DNA of 64,000 nt from Antedon mediterranea (GCF_964355755.1 NC_092670.1:34088388-34152387), one strand, 5' to 3'; shown: positions 29,701 through 40,308, counted from the first letter of the stretch. The notes: generated from the sequence alone by a model not told the origin. A program made the numbers and translations.

Positions 29701-32700
29701 CAGCCACTGATACCCACAGCATTGTCATTTTGTATCTCCATTGAGATCCAGCCACTGATACCCACAGCATTGTCATTTTGTATCCATTGAGATCCAGCCA
29801 CTGATACCCACAGCATTGTCATTTTGTATCCATTGAGATCCAGCCACTGATACCCACAGCATTGTCATTTTGTATCCATTGAGATCCAGCCACTGATACC
29901 CACAGCATTGTCATTTTGTATCCATTGAGATCCTGCCACTGATACCCACAGCATTGTCATTTTGTATCCATTGAGATCCTGCCACTGATACCCACAGCAT
30001 TGTCATTTTGTATCTCCATTGAGATCCAGCCACTGATACCCACAGCATTGTCATTTTGTATCCATTGAGATCCAGCCACTGATACCCAAAGCATTGTCAT
30101 TTTGTATCCATTGAGATCCAGCCACTGATACCCACAGCATTGTCATTTTGTATCTCCATTGAGATCCAGCCACTGATACCCACAGCATTGTCATTTTGTA
30201 TCCATTGAGATCCAGCCACTGATACCCACAGCATTGTCATTTTGTATCCATTGAGATCCAGCCACTGATACCCACAGCATTGTCATTTTGTATCCATTGA
30301 GATCCTGCCACTGATACCCACAGCATTGTCATTTTGTATCTCCATTGAGATCCAGCCACTGATACCCAAAGCATTGTAATTTTTTCAGTATTTTGCCTTT
30401 GGATTCACATACATACATATACAATAATCGATACTTGTTTGAGCATGGATATATTTTCTACAATAAGTTTGAGTGTAGTTTAACTTATAGTGTTTGGAAT
30501 AGTTTTGTGTCTTTTCATTTGCGATTACCTAGAATTAATAATTCAAGCTAATTCATTTTTTCGCAAACTGGTACATTGGACGTTCTTCCCCACTCTCGAC
30601 ATTTTTGGCAGATTTTAGTCCAGGCGACGAACAAAGTTTCATATTACCATGGACTTTAAATGTATAACCCTATAGTCGAAAACTTATTATGTGACCAGTC
30701 ATACATAACTGTTTAAAGATGTATTGTCCCTTTGACTAATTCCAAAAAAATAAAAAATAAAAGATTTCGAAAAAAGGTGGGTCATTTTGAAGTATCATAA
30801 TAGTTATTAACTATCACCAAAAATTTTTCGAAAAAAAAAAAATTTAACTGAAATACAGACGTTTTTTTTGTTAAAAAAATAACTTTGACTTCCAGTCAAA
30901 GTTTTCAATCAAAACATATCCCATAATGAAACGCACTTGTTTGGCTACTCTGTATGCATAATCATAAAACTTCCTCATAATCTGTGTGAAAATACCTTCT
31001 TAACCGTGACGAGTTGTAAACAATCCTAATTTAGCATATGCATAATGCGTACTCATGGTTTGAAATCTTTGTTTACTTTCGCTCGTGACGATTTTCCAGA
31101 TGAAATGTAATTAAACTAATTTACCTGTTAATTACGTAAACTTGTTGTTTTTGGCTCGAATTTTCCACTTAAAGTGAATAACTTTAATATTACTTTGATA
31201 TGGCCACTTTAAATTTAGAATATTTTGACTTTCATTTTTTTGTGTTTCAAGGGACAATACATCTTTAATGTTAGACATTCCTTTAAACCACAAGAAAAAA
31301 AAAACAGTAAAAATGTGCCTATTTTGTCATACAATTGTTACGTTGACAAATGTAGGTTCACAGATAGAAAAGGATTTTAAAATGCTTCTTCGGCCGGTTT
31401 TAATATATTATTTTAATTATGTTCCTATACAGGCTTGGGAGTGTTGTTGTTTACTTTGATATGTTAATAAAGGAACCAATTGGTAAAAAGTCAATACTTG
31501 GTAATGCGTATCCAAAGACGAAGCAGGCGATAGAGATATTTTACCAAGAAACGATAGATGGCCAACTAGGAGAATATCAGCTATATCCAGAATCAGTCAA
31601 ACTTTATATAAGTATGATGACTTATTGTTTTAATTCTTGTATACGGGGTGCCGTTTGGGACATTTGTATATGCTAGAAAAGTTAGTATTAACTAATGCTG
31701 TAATGATAATAAATGTACGGGGCCTACAGACTACAAAATAATATTATAAACGGTACATTCTTTCTTCTAAAAAGAAATCATATTTCCACAGTACATTAGG
31801 CCTACATTATCACATTGTTGTGGTTTAAACGGCAATTCAGAAAAGACAAAACATATATTTCACTTTATCTTGATATTATGTTGACTTCCTCAGAAAACGA
31901 TAACGATAAAGTACTGACTACTATACGAGCACCCGTTGGCGTTGTCACGACAGCATCGGTTGACAGAAAAGAACCCTTTTCAACAAACACACCAGTAAGA
32001 CCATTACCACGTGGAACAACAATGCCGTCGCACAGAGCTGAAACGACTCCTCAGCTGGTGAGATCAACCAAATCAGTTACAACACAGAAAGAGAAAACGA
32101 CAACGACACAGTCTGTGACAACAACACAGCCAACAACGACGACACGACCAGTAACAACGACACAGCCAACAACGGCACGACCAACAACGACACAACCAAC
32201 AACGACACGGCCAACAACGACACAACCAACAACGACACGGCCAACGACACAACCAACAACGACACGGCCAACAACAACACAACCAACAACAACACAACCA
32301 GTAACGACGACACGACTAGTAACAACAACACGACTAGTAACAACAACACATCTAGCAACTACACAACCTACAACAGTCCCGACAACAATAACAACCACTG
32401 TTCCCACAACACATGCAACTACAGAAACTATGACGACAGAAAAATCGACAACACTGCAACAAACTACGGAAGAATTAACATCCAAAATGCAAACAACAAT
32501 ATCGACAACAACAGATGTAACTACCGTACAAGAAGATACAACTAGTGCAGATGTTTTTCCGACGACATTCATGTCTACTACACCGATAGCTTCGACGCAG
32601 AATCAGTTGCAAACAACGGACGAACAAAGAGAAACAACTTCGGCAAAACTACGTACGTACGCCTACATGCATTGATCATTTTTCATGTGATGTGATGAGA

Positions 32701-35700
32701 AAACACTTAAGTAGTTAAATAGGTCTAGGCTATGTCCGAATACGAATAAAATCAATTACACTATTTTTACTATAGTGATTTTTTTTCAGCTGATGTATTT
32801 GGTGACGGTTGTGGCTCATTAACTTGTTTAAACGGTGGTTCGTGTGATGACACTTCTGGTTTTGCAACGTGTGAATGCATCGAAGGTTATTTTGGATTAG
32901 CTTGCGACCAGAGTAAATACTTACTTACATATTTTGTATGTTCCTTGTAAACCGGTTGATGACATTATAAGTAACTTAAATTAAGTAGACTCGGGTCAAA
33001 GAAATCTTGCAATCTGATCTAAAATCCAATATTTTCAGACTTCATTTGCTGATCTACCTATGTCTATGTCTACCTTCTATCTATATTACCTAAAGCTCCG
33101 TATAGACTATCAAAAGTAGTTTGACCAAAAAAAAGTGATGTGCACAAATATGGTAGTGATATGCTTAAATATTTTAGTGATATGACATTATGTCATGTCC
33201 ATAATGGGCATATCACATTTTTGTCACGTACATAATCTTTGATTGTGTAGACAGAGCTTTACATTCCAAGAAAAGTATCATAATAGCAAATTAATGGTAA
33301 CCAAAAACATCATCGGCCCATTATATTTAATACGTATTTTGTAACGTTTCTTTTTCTAGGCGAGTGCGACTTTAAAACGTGCGACAATGGTGGTACGTGC
33401 CGGGTGGATGGAATGTATAACGTTGTATGCGAATGCCCTGATGGATATTTAGGCGTTTTTTGTGAAATAGGTATAGTTGCAAATTTTTATAGCGTGCAAT
33501 TTAGGGAAACCGTATCTTTTATCAAATTACAGTGATGTCAAATAGGCTACTAGTTTGACGACTCGTGTCATCTCTTGAAGTTGAATTTCGCGCCTTGTTA
33601 ATTCTATTATTTGTTTCAAAACACATAATCATTATTATCATATATATCATATTATTATACTAACAATTATTAATTGTTAAACTAATAATTATTTTTATTT
33701 GATCACCTAGCTCTGTCAGTGCAGCCTTGCATAAGTAATCCATGCAAAAATGGCGGAAATTGTACAGTGTACTATGACGATTATTTCTGCAATTGTCCTT
33801 ATCCATACGGCGGTTATAACTGCGAGAAAAACACCATTGGTATGTATCGTAGTACGGTAGCTTGTACTTGAGTGTTTTGTCTGTCAGTATGATATTAATG
33901 CATACGCATAGTATGTGAGTAATATGTCTAGGCCTATGTGATTAATAAATTGTTACAGATTATATAACTATCGACAAATTCCAATTCTCTATTTCCGGTT
34001 ATGTAGATGAAGAGAACACACCGCCCCCAATGTGTTTACAAGTTCCATTAGACGTTTGTCGCCATCAAGTTCCGTATAACACAAGTGGTCTGGATCATCC
34101 GTATGGAGTGGTTGATTCGCCAGAAGAAGCCAGCGAAAGAATCATACACTACCGAACCCTTCTGCAAAGTTGTGATGAAAACATCGATCGTCTTCTCTGT
34201 TTGATATTTAGTCCAGAGTGCCCTTTGGAATCCGGCTTTCCGCGGTCAGCTTGTAGGTATGTAATACGGGGCAGCACTGTATACATGTTAGTAGATACTA
34301 ACTAATATCGTCCTATGCAAATTAGGCCTACAAGGTGACATAATAATAAATTCTTGTCGGCGTATTCGTGGGAAAATAATACAATTCATGAAAATTGCCC
34401 AAATCCTAAAATTCTACACACAAATGTATACTATTGCGAAAAAGGGTATTGGAGAAATCTAAAACCTTTTCTACACTATCAACCTTTATGTGACAAAAAT
34501 GTGATGTGTCATATCACTACCATATTTGGTCATATCACTACAATATATTCAGCACATCACACATTTTCTGTCAAACAAGTTCGATTGTGTAGACAGAACT
34601 AATATCCAATGCGAAAACAGTTTATTTTACAGCAGGGAAGAGTGAACTTACAATCATTACACTCTTGCCTGGTTACAGATTTTTCTTCTAATCATAATTT
34701 TTTTGTAGCGATTATTGCTTGGAAGTATTGAATTCATGTTCGGATATGATTGACCCACTTACAGAAGAGACATATGAGGCTATCAATACGCTGTTTTATA
34801 TATGTATGGTACTACCAACGGATAACGAAGAAGTCTGTATTGGACCACAGGAAATTGAACAAACTGGTAAAAAATAAAGTAATAGAGTAATAATTTGTAT
34901 AATAAATGTGGCTTTGTTTGGTTCATTCTAAAACTATGCAAAGAGGAATATTCTAACAATGATATTTAAAAAAAAAACATTTTAGAGATATTTTATTGCA
35001 GACATCTGGTTCTTTCAATTTGTTAATTTGCATGAAATGTGTTACCTTTATTGCTGAAATAAAGTGTGATGACGAGGAAATCTCCGAAATTTCAAACCTC
35101 GACCCGCCTACCACTAAGACCACAGAAGCTTTATGATAATCACATTGGATATAGCAAATCTTTCACTCTCAAAACTAACACAGAATATTTTACCTCACAG
35201 TTGATCCCTGCTCGAGTAATCCGTGCCTTAATGGAGGTTCATGCACGACATATGGTGCTGGTGAACTTGAATATTACATGTGCGAATGTCTCGAAGGTTA
35301 TATCGGTGAAATCTGTGATGTCGAATTTGGTAAGCTGGCATATTGATATATGTTTAAAAAGTTTTATAAAAGTTATTTTAATTTTTTGTTTAATTTGAAA
35401 AAAATAACATAATAACAAAATAAAATATAAGCAATCTTTTAAATAGCCTCTGACGATTAACAATTGTGTCCAAATTGCTTACTGCTTTGTGGAAAGTGCT
35501 TACTGCTTACATATGTAAAACTCAAATCTATCCACCTTCCTAAAAGTGGAAAACCGACATCTACTATTTCTTTAGCAGCAGGCATACAATAATAAATATC
35601 GTCTTTTGTAGATTTTACTGCATCTATCTGCACGGCGTCAACGTGCTTAAATGGTGCCACTTGTGAAGAAGACGATTACCTTCCAACGTGCATATGTCCA

Positions 35701-38700
35701 GAAGGCTTCATCGGACAACAGTGTGAAATTGAAGAAGGTAGCCAAGAATGTAAGTTATTTAAATCATGGAGGATACCTCCATGTGTAACTGTACTAACAC
35801 ACTAACCTGATTGCTGTTGACGATACGGTGATGGGTGTGTTTTGTTGTAGTAGATATGATACGCATGAAGCTCTTGATATTGTCTATTTCGGGGACTCCA
35901 CTCACATAACTAGAATGATATACTGTATTGTGTATAGATAATGTAACATTTTACTTTACTTTTAAAGCAAGCAATGGTGAAGATATGTATGCGTCTATAT
36001 GTTCTGATGTCATGAGTAGTTGCATTAATGTGCTCCCGTACAATTTGACCTCTCACCCTGACGTCACGGATCAAGATTATTTCGGTCAAGACACTATCGA
36101 AGACCAATTCCAAAGATCCGTTGCAGCCTGCGATCATCCAGATGTCGAACGTTTTTTGTGTTCTGTTTTGAACCCCGAGTGTGTACCAAGCAACGCGTTG
36201 ATTGGTGCACCAAGGACCGCCTGCAAGTCTCTGTGCAATCAGATTCGCGTATCTTGTCCTAACCTGATGCCGATGAATTCTTCAACGTTCGAGCAGTACT
36301 GTGACCACATGATCGAGTCAAACGATATTGGAATCTGTATACCACCTTCTAATCCATTTAACAGCACTGAATCAGGTAGGTAATGGTATAGCACAGCTTC
36401 CAATAGGTCCAATAAGATACGATTAACGATCATCGCAGCAGTTAAAGTAAAAAGATAACTCATAGCTGGTAAAAAAATAAAACGAACAAACAAAATAGAT
36501 GTATAGTAAAACACTGGACACTAAACGTACTTACGACATACTTTCTAAAAGATTTATCAATAACCATAATCATTACAAATAAATGTATACGAAACTACGA
36601 TAATGAATCTTAATAATAATGTTGAATGATGATTTATATTTTCTATTGAGAAAAAATGTAAAAGCACGTACTATTTTGTTATTTAAGTTGTTTTATTTTA
36701 TTTTGAAGATCATATTTGTTCTAATGTTACGTGTCAAAATGGTGGGATATGCTTCGAATTCGAAGGTAACCCTTTATGTAAGTGTAAAGAAGGATACTTC
36801 GGCAGCTTGTGCACACTGGGTATGTTGTTTTTAGTTTTCTATTCAGGACCTGGGTTTATCAGATAATCATAATGCACGCACGCCAAAAATGTTGTATCGC
36901 GTTCCGTACGCGATATTTCTTTTCGTTGGAGACCCTTCATGAAACTTCGCAAAATAAACATGGATATTTGTTATTCATATCCATAAGGTGTGATGTAACA
37001 TCACTAATACTCCTTCGAGCCGTCTGTTTAGTCGAATGGATTAGACCATGGACTTTTCATGTCGATATATAGGGTTCGAAACTTCTTTTTTCTTTATAGT
37101 GAGACAAAGCTTATTTGGAGGGTTAGGTTTAGTTATATTATGAATTAGCTATCTTTCACAAAGGGTCCCCAACAATTACACTATTATCGTTTTTGTTTTG
37201 AACACACGGACAATCAAAGCGTACGCTTACAGGCAAACAGCGTTTGCAATTATACAGTATATGAATATATGTTGTTTGTTTTTGCTTAGAGTATAGTGAC
37301 CCGTGCCTGTCGTCTCCGTGCCTAAACCAGGGTCTATGTGTCACCGACGTCACTAACTTTTACGTATCATATGAATGTGAATGTATGGATGATGGGTTCT
37401 ATGGTACACACTGTGAGCAAAGTAAGTTTGCCACGACTTAAAAGGCCACTCCGGGTTTAACTTCTGAAGTTTAGGAAACTCCTAGTTTAACGTCTAAAGT
37501 ACTTGTGCTTAAAGATTAAAGAGAAACTCCAAGTTTAAATTCTTTAGTACCTGTGCTTAAAGGGCAACTCTGGGTTAAACTTCTGAAGTAATTGTGCTTA
37601 AAAGGTAACTCCAGGTATAACTTCTGAAGAGCTTGTGCTTAAAGGGTAATTCAAGTTTAACTTCCAAAGAGCTTTTGCTTAAATGGCAACTCCAGGTTTA
37701 ACTTCTGAAGTACTTGTGCTTAAAGGGCAACACCGTGTTTAACATCTGAAGTCCTTGTGCTTAAAGGGCAACTCTAGGTTTAACTTCCGAAGAGTTTGTG
37801 CTTCAAGGGCAACTCCGTGTTTAACTTCTGAAGAATTTGTGCTAAAAGGGCGACTCCAGCTTACCTTATGAAGAGCTATTGCTTACAGAGCAACTCCGAG
37901 TTTTACTTCTGCAATACATGTGTTTTAAATGACAACTCTGGGTTTAACTTCTGAAGTACTTGTGCTTAAAGGGCGACTCCGGCTTAACTTCTGAAGAGCT
38001 TGTGCTTAAAGAGCAACTCCGGGTTTAACTTCTGAAGTACTTGTGCTTAAAGGGCGACTCCGGCTTAACTTCTAAAGAGCTTGTGCTTAAAGAGCAACTC
38101 CGGGTTTAACTTCTGAAGCAACTTAATAAATAGCATAACGCTATATAAATAACTTGAACTCATAAATTCAATCGAAAATACATTTCCTTAATATACTTAA
38201 AATTTCTCTGATAATTACTTGTATATGAATATCATTTCGTTTCTCTAAGCCAATTCCATCAATTTTACTGTTAATTGGTTATATATCATGGTGAACCTTA
38301 TTAATTCCAGGTATATGTGATGATTTTCCTTGTTCAAATGGTGGTACATGCATACCAAATGCATATACTAGCGAGTGCATATGTCCAGAAAGATATGTTG
38401 GTTCTTACTGTGAGATTGGTAAGTAGGCAACATTAGAAATATTGTTTTTAATATGAATCCTAGTAGATAAAAAATGATAACGAACTTTACGAGAGTAAAA
38501 CCTTAGCGGCACTGTGTCCTAGGAGGTTGATCTCAAGAACCTTAAATACGATAACGTCCAAACGTCCCAACCTCATATTAAGAGGCATCTTTGTTTATGC
38601 ATAAATCATTGGTGTTTTTTTTTCAGATTTGTATCCGGCTGACCCATGTCAATCAAACCCTTGTTTCAACGAAGCTACATGTGTATCACAAAAGATTGGT

Positions 38701-39339
38701 CTTTTCAGTGCTTACTATTGCGAATGCCTTCCACCGAATTATGGGAGAAATTGTGAACATGGTTTGTAAACAATTTTAATTTATTTGCGGTGGCATTTCA
38801 CTATTCAATGCCTAATACATGTCTTCAATCTTCAACTAATTACAAAAATACAACGACCTAAATGAGAATGAATGAAATTATAACAAAGATGAATGTTTGT
38901 AATGACTGCTATGATGACTACAAACAACTTTATTTTATTTCTATTAATATTTTCAGATAACCCGTGTATTCCAAATCCATGTCATCATGCAGGTCACTGT
39001 ACTCATAATGAAACCGGAAGTTTCGCCTGTAGCTGCGCACAGGGTTATGTGGGTGTACATTGTGAAGACACAGGTACTATTACTACAACATTTTCATTCA
39101 TGAGTATATTATACGCTTATTGGACCAGTACATAGATAGTCTAATAATAGTCGGGGCATGCCATATGTGCTCTCTTTCAGCTTGTTATTTATTTTATATT
39201 ACTATTTGGTGCTATAAAGTTTGCTGTACACCACGTATATTAGTTCTGAAAACAACTGTTGAGCTTTCTCGACGTTTCGATCAATATGATTTGATCGCAA
39301 ACTTTATATCAACATTTGATTTCGCCATGCAAACCTCCA

Positions 39340-39385
<46 letters not shown>

Positions 39386-40308
39386 AGCAGACAGTCCGAG
39401 TTAGAGTCTCATTCTGACAGATTTCCTCATCTTTATCGTTTCAAATTAATTAATTAAATTTCAGTATATCACCGGGCGGTTTAGAATTAATGTTCTTTTC
39501 CTGATGTGTTTATATATATAAAAGTATCTCTTCGGAGATCCCGCCTCGTGAATTAAAATACTGAAAGATGAGGGAGAATGTGAAAGAGTCGCTATCCAAT
39601 CGAGTTTGAACAATACCATGAAGGCCCCAGTGGTCTAATGGTTAGGACAGCTGCATATCAAGCAGACAGTCCGAGTTCGAGTCTCGGTTGGGGCAGATGT
39701 CCGCATCTTTATCGTTTAAAATTAATTAAATGTCAGTATATCACCGGGCGGTTTAGAATTAATGTTCTTTGCCTGATGTGTTTATATATATATATACAGT
39801 ACATATATATATACACTGTATATGTCACTACTACTACTACTTTTATTGTTATTTCTTATTAATGCAGTATTAGATCCGTGTGGCAGTAATCCATGTCTCA
39901 ACGGTGGAGTTTGCATTAATAATGGTACCGACTATTCCTGTGTCTGTACACACGAATATGATGGAGATAACTGCCAGCAAGGTAACGTACAAAACCAGAT
40001 AAACATTATTATATTAATATTTACATAGCTTTCTGTACTTCACAAAGTGCATTTACTGGAGGTTACAGTAATTAAAATCTAGTAAAATATGGTGGAAAAA
40101 AAGAAGAAAGAAAAGAAAAAAGTTTTTTCGAATGTGTCCCCAAATCTATCAATAGTGTCTCAGTCTTTAACTTCAATACCATTCTAAAGTTTACATTGCA
40201 TTACATGTTGAGAATAGTTGTGCTCTACAGACCTCTCTTGCCGACTAAATGTTTTTGCATGTGATTCTTTTCTTATTAGAAGTTGCCGAACGCGACCAGA
40301 CGACCTAG
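2703..40308 (+). CDS. Type II transmembrane SEA-mucin-EGF-Frizzled(CRD) multidomain protein, 22 coding exons, about 1212 aa
   Basis: GT-AG exons chain in phase to one ORF of 3639 nt: 2703-2735, 19344-19557, 22436-22528, 27612-27712, 29039-29106, 31433-31611, 31894-32652, 32790-32912, 33360-33470, 33711-33839, 34007-34256, 34709-34866, 35201-35329, 35612-35749, 35968-36375, 36709-36819, 37290-37421, 38311-38418, 38627-38761, 38957-39073, 39868-39981, 40280-40308. First and last exons are the least certain. Confidence 0.8.
8575..9075. repeat. Degenerate tandem triplication, unit about 150-190 bp
   Basis: AAATGTCAAATATCGT...GGTTCCAC/GGTTTCAC recurs near 8665, 8810 and 9002 with shared flanks. 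Confidence 0.7.
11268..11423. mobile_element. Non-autonomous TAG...CTA element with 9-bp TSD (Academ-like)
   Basis: ctactgacg|TAGTCTGGG...CAAGTCTA|ctactgaag; same family as 24085-24249, with fragments near 7170, 27420-27540 and 62100-62250. Confidence 0.65.
13199..15711. mobile_element. Foldback-like element with inverted arms built from GGACAACTACCCCC repeats
   Basis: Left arm 13205-13470 (GGACAACTACCCC)n; right arm 14600-15710 is the reverse complement, with a ~220-bp higher-order repeat x4. Flanks ccacaaatt/ccacatact resemble a degenerate 9-bp TSD. Confidence 0.65.
13554..13988. mobile_element. Young Mutator-like MITE nested in the foldback element
   Basis: Perfect 55-bp TIRs (GGGTGTTTCGAAACTAGAGACCC...), perfect 9-bp TSD GTTTTTAAC, internal 22-bp tandem repeat (TCCCTTTTCGTATATTAGGGTC). 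Confidence 0.9.
15971..16463. mobile_element. Two PIF/Harbinger-like MITEs (AGCTTGGTTCCCACTAG family)
   Basis: TIR pairs AGCTTGGTTTCCAC...GGGAACCAAGCT at about 15971-16127 and 16256-16463, with TAA/TTA-type flanks. Confidence 0.7.
18170..18395. repeat. Degenerate ~18-bp minisatellite (GACGCTTATTTCGACGAT)
   Basis: About 11 imperfect copies visible. Confidence 0.75.
19344..19557 (+). CDS. Cytoplasmic tail plus signal-anchor TM exon
   Basis: ttacttacag| [11 protein letters not shown]...[33 protein letters not shown] |gtaggc. A basic cluster before a ~24-aa hydrophobic helix indicates type II topology. Confidence 0.85.
19652..19988. mobile_element. Degenerate copy of the TTAA (Kolobok-like) MITE
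   Basis: Right end GGAGGACAATACATCT; internal similarity to 49943-50264. Confidence 0.6.
21496..21760. mobile_element. Harbinger-like MITE plus adjacent partial copy
   Basis: AGCTTCGTTCCCACTAG...CTAGTGGGAACCACGCT (21496-21654), then a new left TIR at 21658; near-identical to 41169-41480. Confidence 0.75.
22436..22528 (+). CDS. Juxtamembrane Pro/Ser/Thr linker exon
   Basis: tttgcag|(V)[30 protein letters not shown]|gtaagt, phase 1-1. Confidence 0.75.
23203..23447. mobile_element. Fused fragments of two Harbinger-like MITE families
   Basis: AGTTTGGTTCCCA.. family runs directly into the CTACACTATCAAAC...GTGTAGACAGAGCT family. Confidence 0.6.
24085..24249. mobile_element. Non-autonomous TAG...CTA element with perfect 9-bp TSD (Academ-like)
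   Basis: AAAATCCTG|TAGTCTGGG...AGACTTGGAGCAAGTCTA|AAAATCCTG. Confidence 0.75.
24620..26183 (-). mobile_element. Helentron/HINE-like non-autonomous rolling-circle element
   Basis: Subterminal IRs TTGGTTATCCGC (24651) and GCGGATAACCAA (26170), an adjacent stem-loop at 26150-26179, hairpin ACTCGTCA-CTT-TGACGAGT and terminal CTAG. Homologous internally deleted copy at 46053-46648; end fragment at 20620. Confidence 0.65.
26256..26881. mobile_element. TTAA-flanked MITE, Kolobok-like family 2
   Basis: TTAA|AGACCCCTTCCCTGC...GTAGGGAATGGGGCT|TTAA. Confidence 0.7.
27612..31611 (+). CDS. SEA domain (exons 27612-27712, 29039-29106, 31433-31611)
   Basis: Spliced: [17 protein letters not shown]...[38 protein letters not shown]...[11 protein letters not shown]. 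Phases 1-0, 0-2, 2-1 are consistent and the GSVVV motif is present. Confidence 0.8.
28899..28990. mobile_element. Internally deleted TTAA MITE
   Basis: TTAA|AAATGTATTGTCCC...GGGGACATTTATATCT|TTAA. Confidence 0.55.
29440..30380. repeat. 48/46-bp minisatellite, about 20 copies
   Basis: TTTTGTAT(CT)CCATTGAGATCCAGCCACTGATACCCACAGCATTGTCA; a single-unit homologue lies at 50410-50550 on the minus strand. Confidence 0.95.
30717..31264. mobile_element. TTAA-flanked Kolobok-like MITE
   Basis: TTAA|AGATGTATTGTCCCTT...AAGGGACAATACATCT|TTAA, perfect 16-bp TIR. Confidence 0.85.
31894..32652 (+). CDS. Thr/Pro-rich mucin-like stalk exon ([10 protein letters not shown] repeats)
   Basis: ORF 31815-32675; acceptor ttcctcag at 31893, donor C|gtacgt; phase 1-1. 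Confidence 0.9.
32790..33839 (+). CDS. EGF repeats 1-3 (exons 32790-32912, 33360-33470, 33711-33839)
   Basis: Each exon is a six-Cys EGF, e.g. [32 protein letters not shown]; phase 1-1. Confidence 0.9.
33094..33258. mobile_element. Harbinger-like MITE, AGCTCTGTCTACAC family
   Basis: TIRs AGCTCCGTATAGAC / GTGTAGACAGAGCT; further copies near 12583-12740, 34465-34600, 42453-42587, 52487-52570 and 54312-54417. Confidence 0.75.
34007..34866 (+). CDS. Frizzled cysteine-rich domain 1 (exons 34007-34256, 34709-34866)
   Basis: Ten Cys with FZ spacing: [54 protein letters not shown]; joined across a phase-2 intron. Confidence 0.85.
35201..35749 (+). CDS. EGF repeats 4-5 (exons 35201-35329, 35612-35749)
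   Basis: [14 protein letters not shown]...; [12 protein letters not shown]...; phase 1-1. Confidence 0.9.
35968..36375 (+). CDS. Frizzled cysteine-rich domain 2 (single exon)
   Basis: ORF 35928-36383: [52 protein letters not shown], ten Cys. Confidence 0.88.
36709..39981 (+). CDS. EGF repeats 6-11 (exons 36709-36819, 37290-37421, 38311-38418, 38627-38761, 38957-39073, 39868-39981)
   Basis: Six phase 1-1 exons, each a six-Cys EGF with canonical splice sites. Confidence 0.9.
37438..38120. repeat. ~41-bp minisatellite, about 17 copies, intronic
   Basis: AACTCCGGGTTTAACTTCTGAAGTACTTGTGCTTAAAGGGC with substitutions. Confidence 0.9.
39190..39345 (-). mobile_element. Penelope-like pLTR fragment (inverted homologue at 45490-45615)
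   Basis: Shared ~130-bp sequence containing GATCAA..TTGATC GAAACGTCGAG and an internal inverted repeat TATAAAGTTTGC/GCAAACTTTATA. Class assignment is inference. Confidence 0.4.
39380..39795 (+). mobile_element. tRNA-containing repeat (SINE-like), 1.5 tandem units bounded by (TA)n
   Basis: tRNA-like 39624-39695 with A box TGGTCTAATGG and B box AGTTCGAGTC; 39380-39520 duplicates 39657-39795. Confidence 0.7.
40280..40308 (+). CDS. Putative terminal coding exon (EVAERDQTT*)
   Basis: ttcttttcttattag acceptor, phase 1, TAG at 40306-40308. An alternative acceptor at 40230 is possible. Confidence 0.5.

Noticed and set aside
29327-29822. Repetitive ORFs ([16 protein letters not shown])n and overlapping frames
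   Set aside because: By-product of a 48-bp minisatellite in an intron; the 46-bp units break the frame.
32051-32572. Val/Cys-rich antisense ORFs
   Set aside because: Mirror of the ACA/ACG-rich mucin exon on the plus strand.
37438-38120. Hammerhead ribozyme array (CTGAAGA-GC-TTGT-GC-TTAAA)
   Set aside because: The essential GAAA is TAAA, most copies have CTGAAGT, and there is no stem III.
39624-39695. Functional tRNA gene
   Set aside because: Non-canonical anticodon loop (A32, ATC), no oligo-T terminator directly after, and it is embedded in a duplicated repeat; treated as SINE-like.
19344-40308. Calling the plus gene corin, a TTSP or Frizzled
   Set aside because: No LDLa, SRCR, trypsin or 7TM exons were found before the stop or before the opposing gene.
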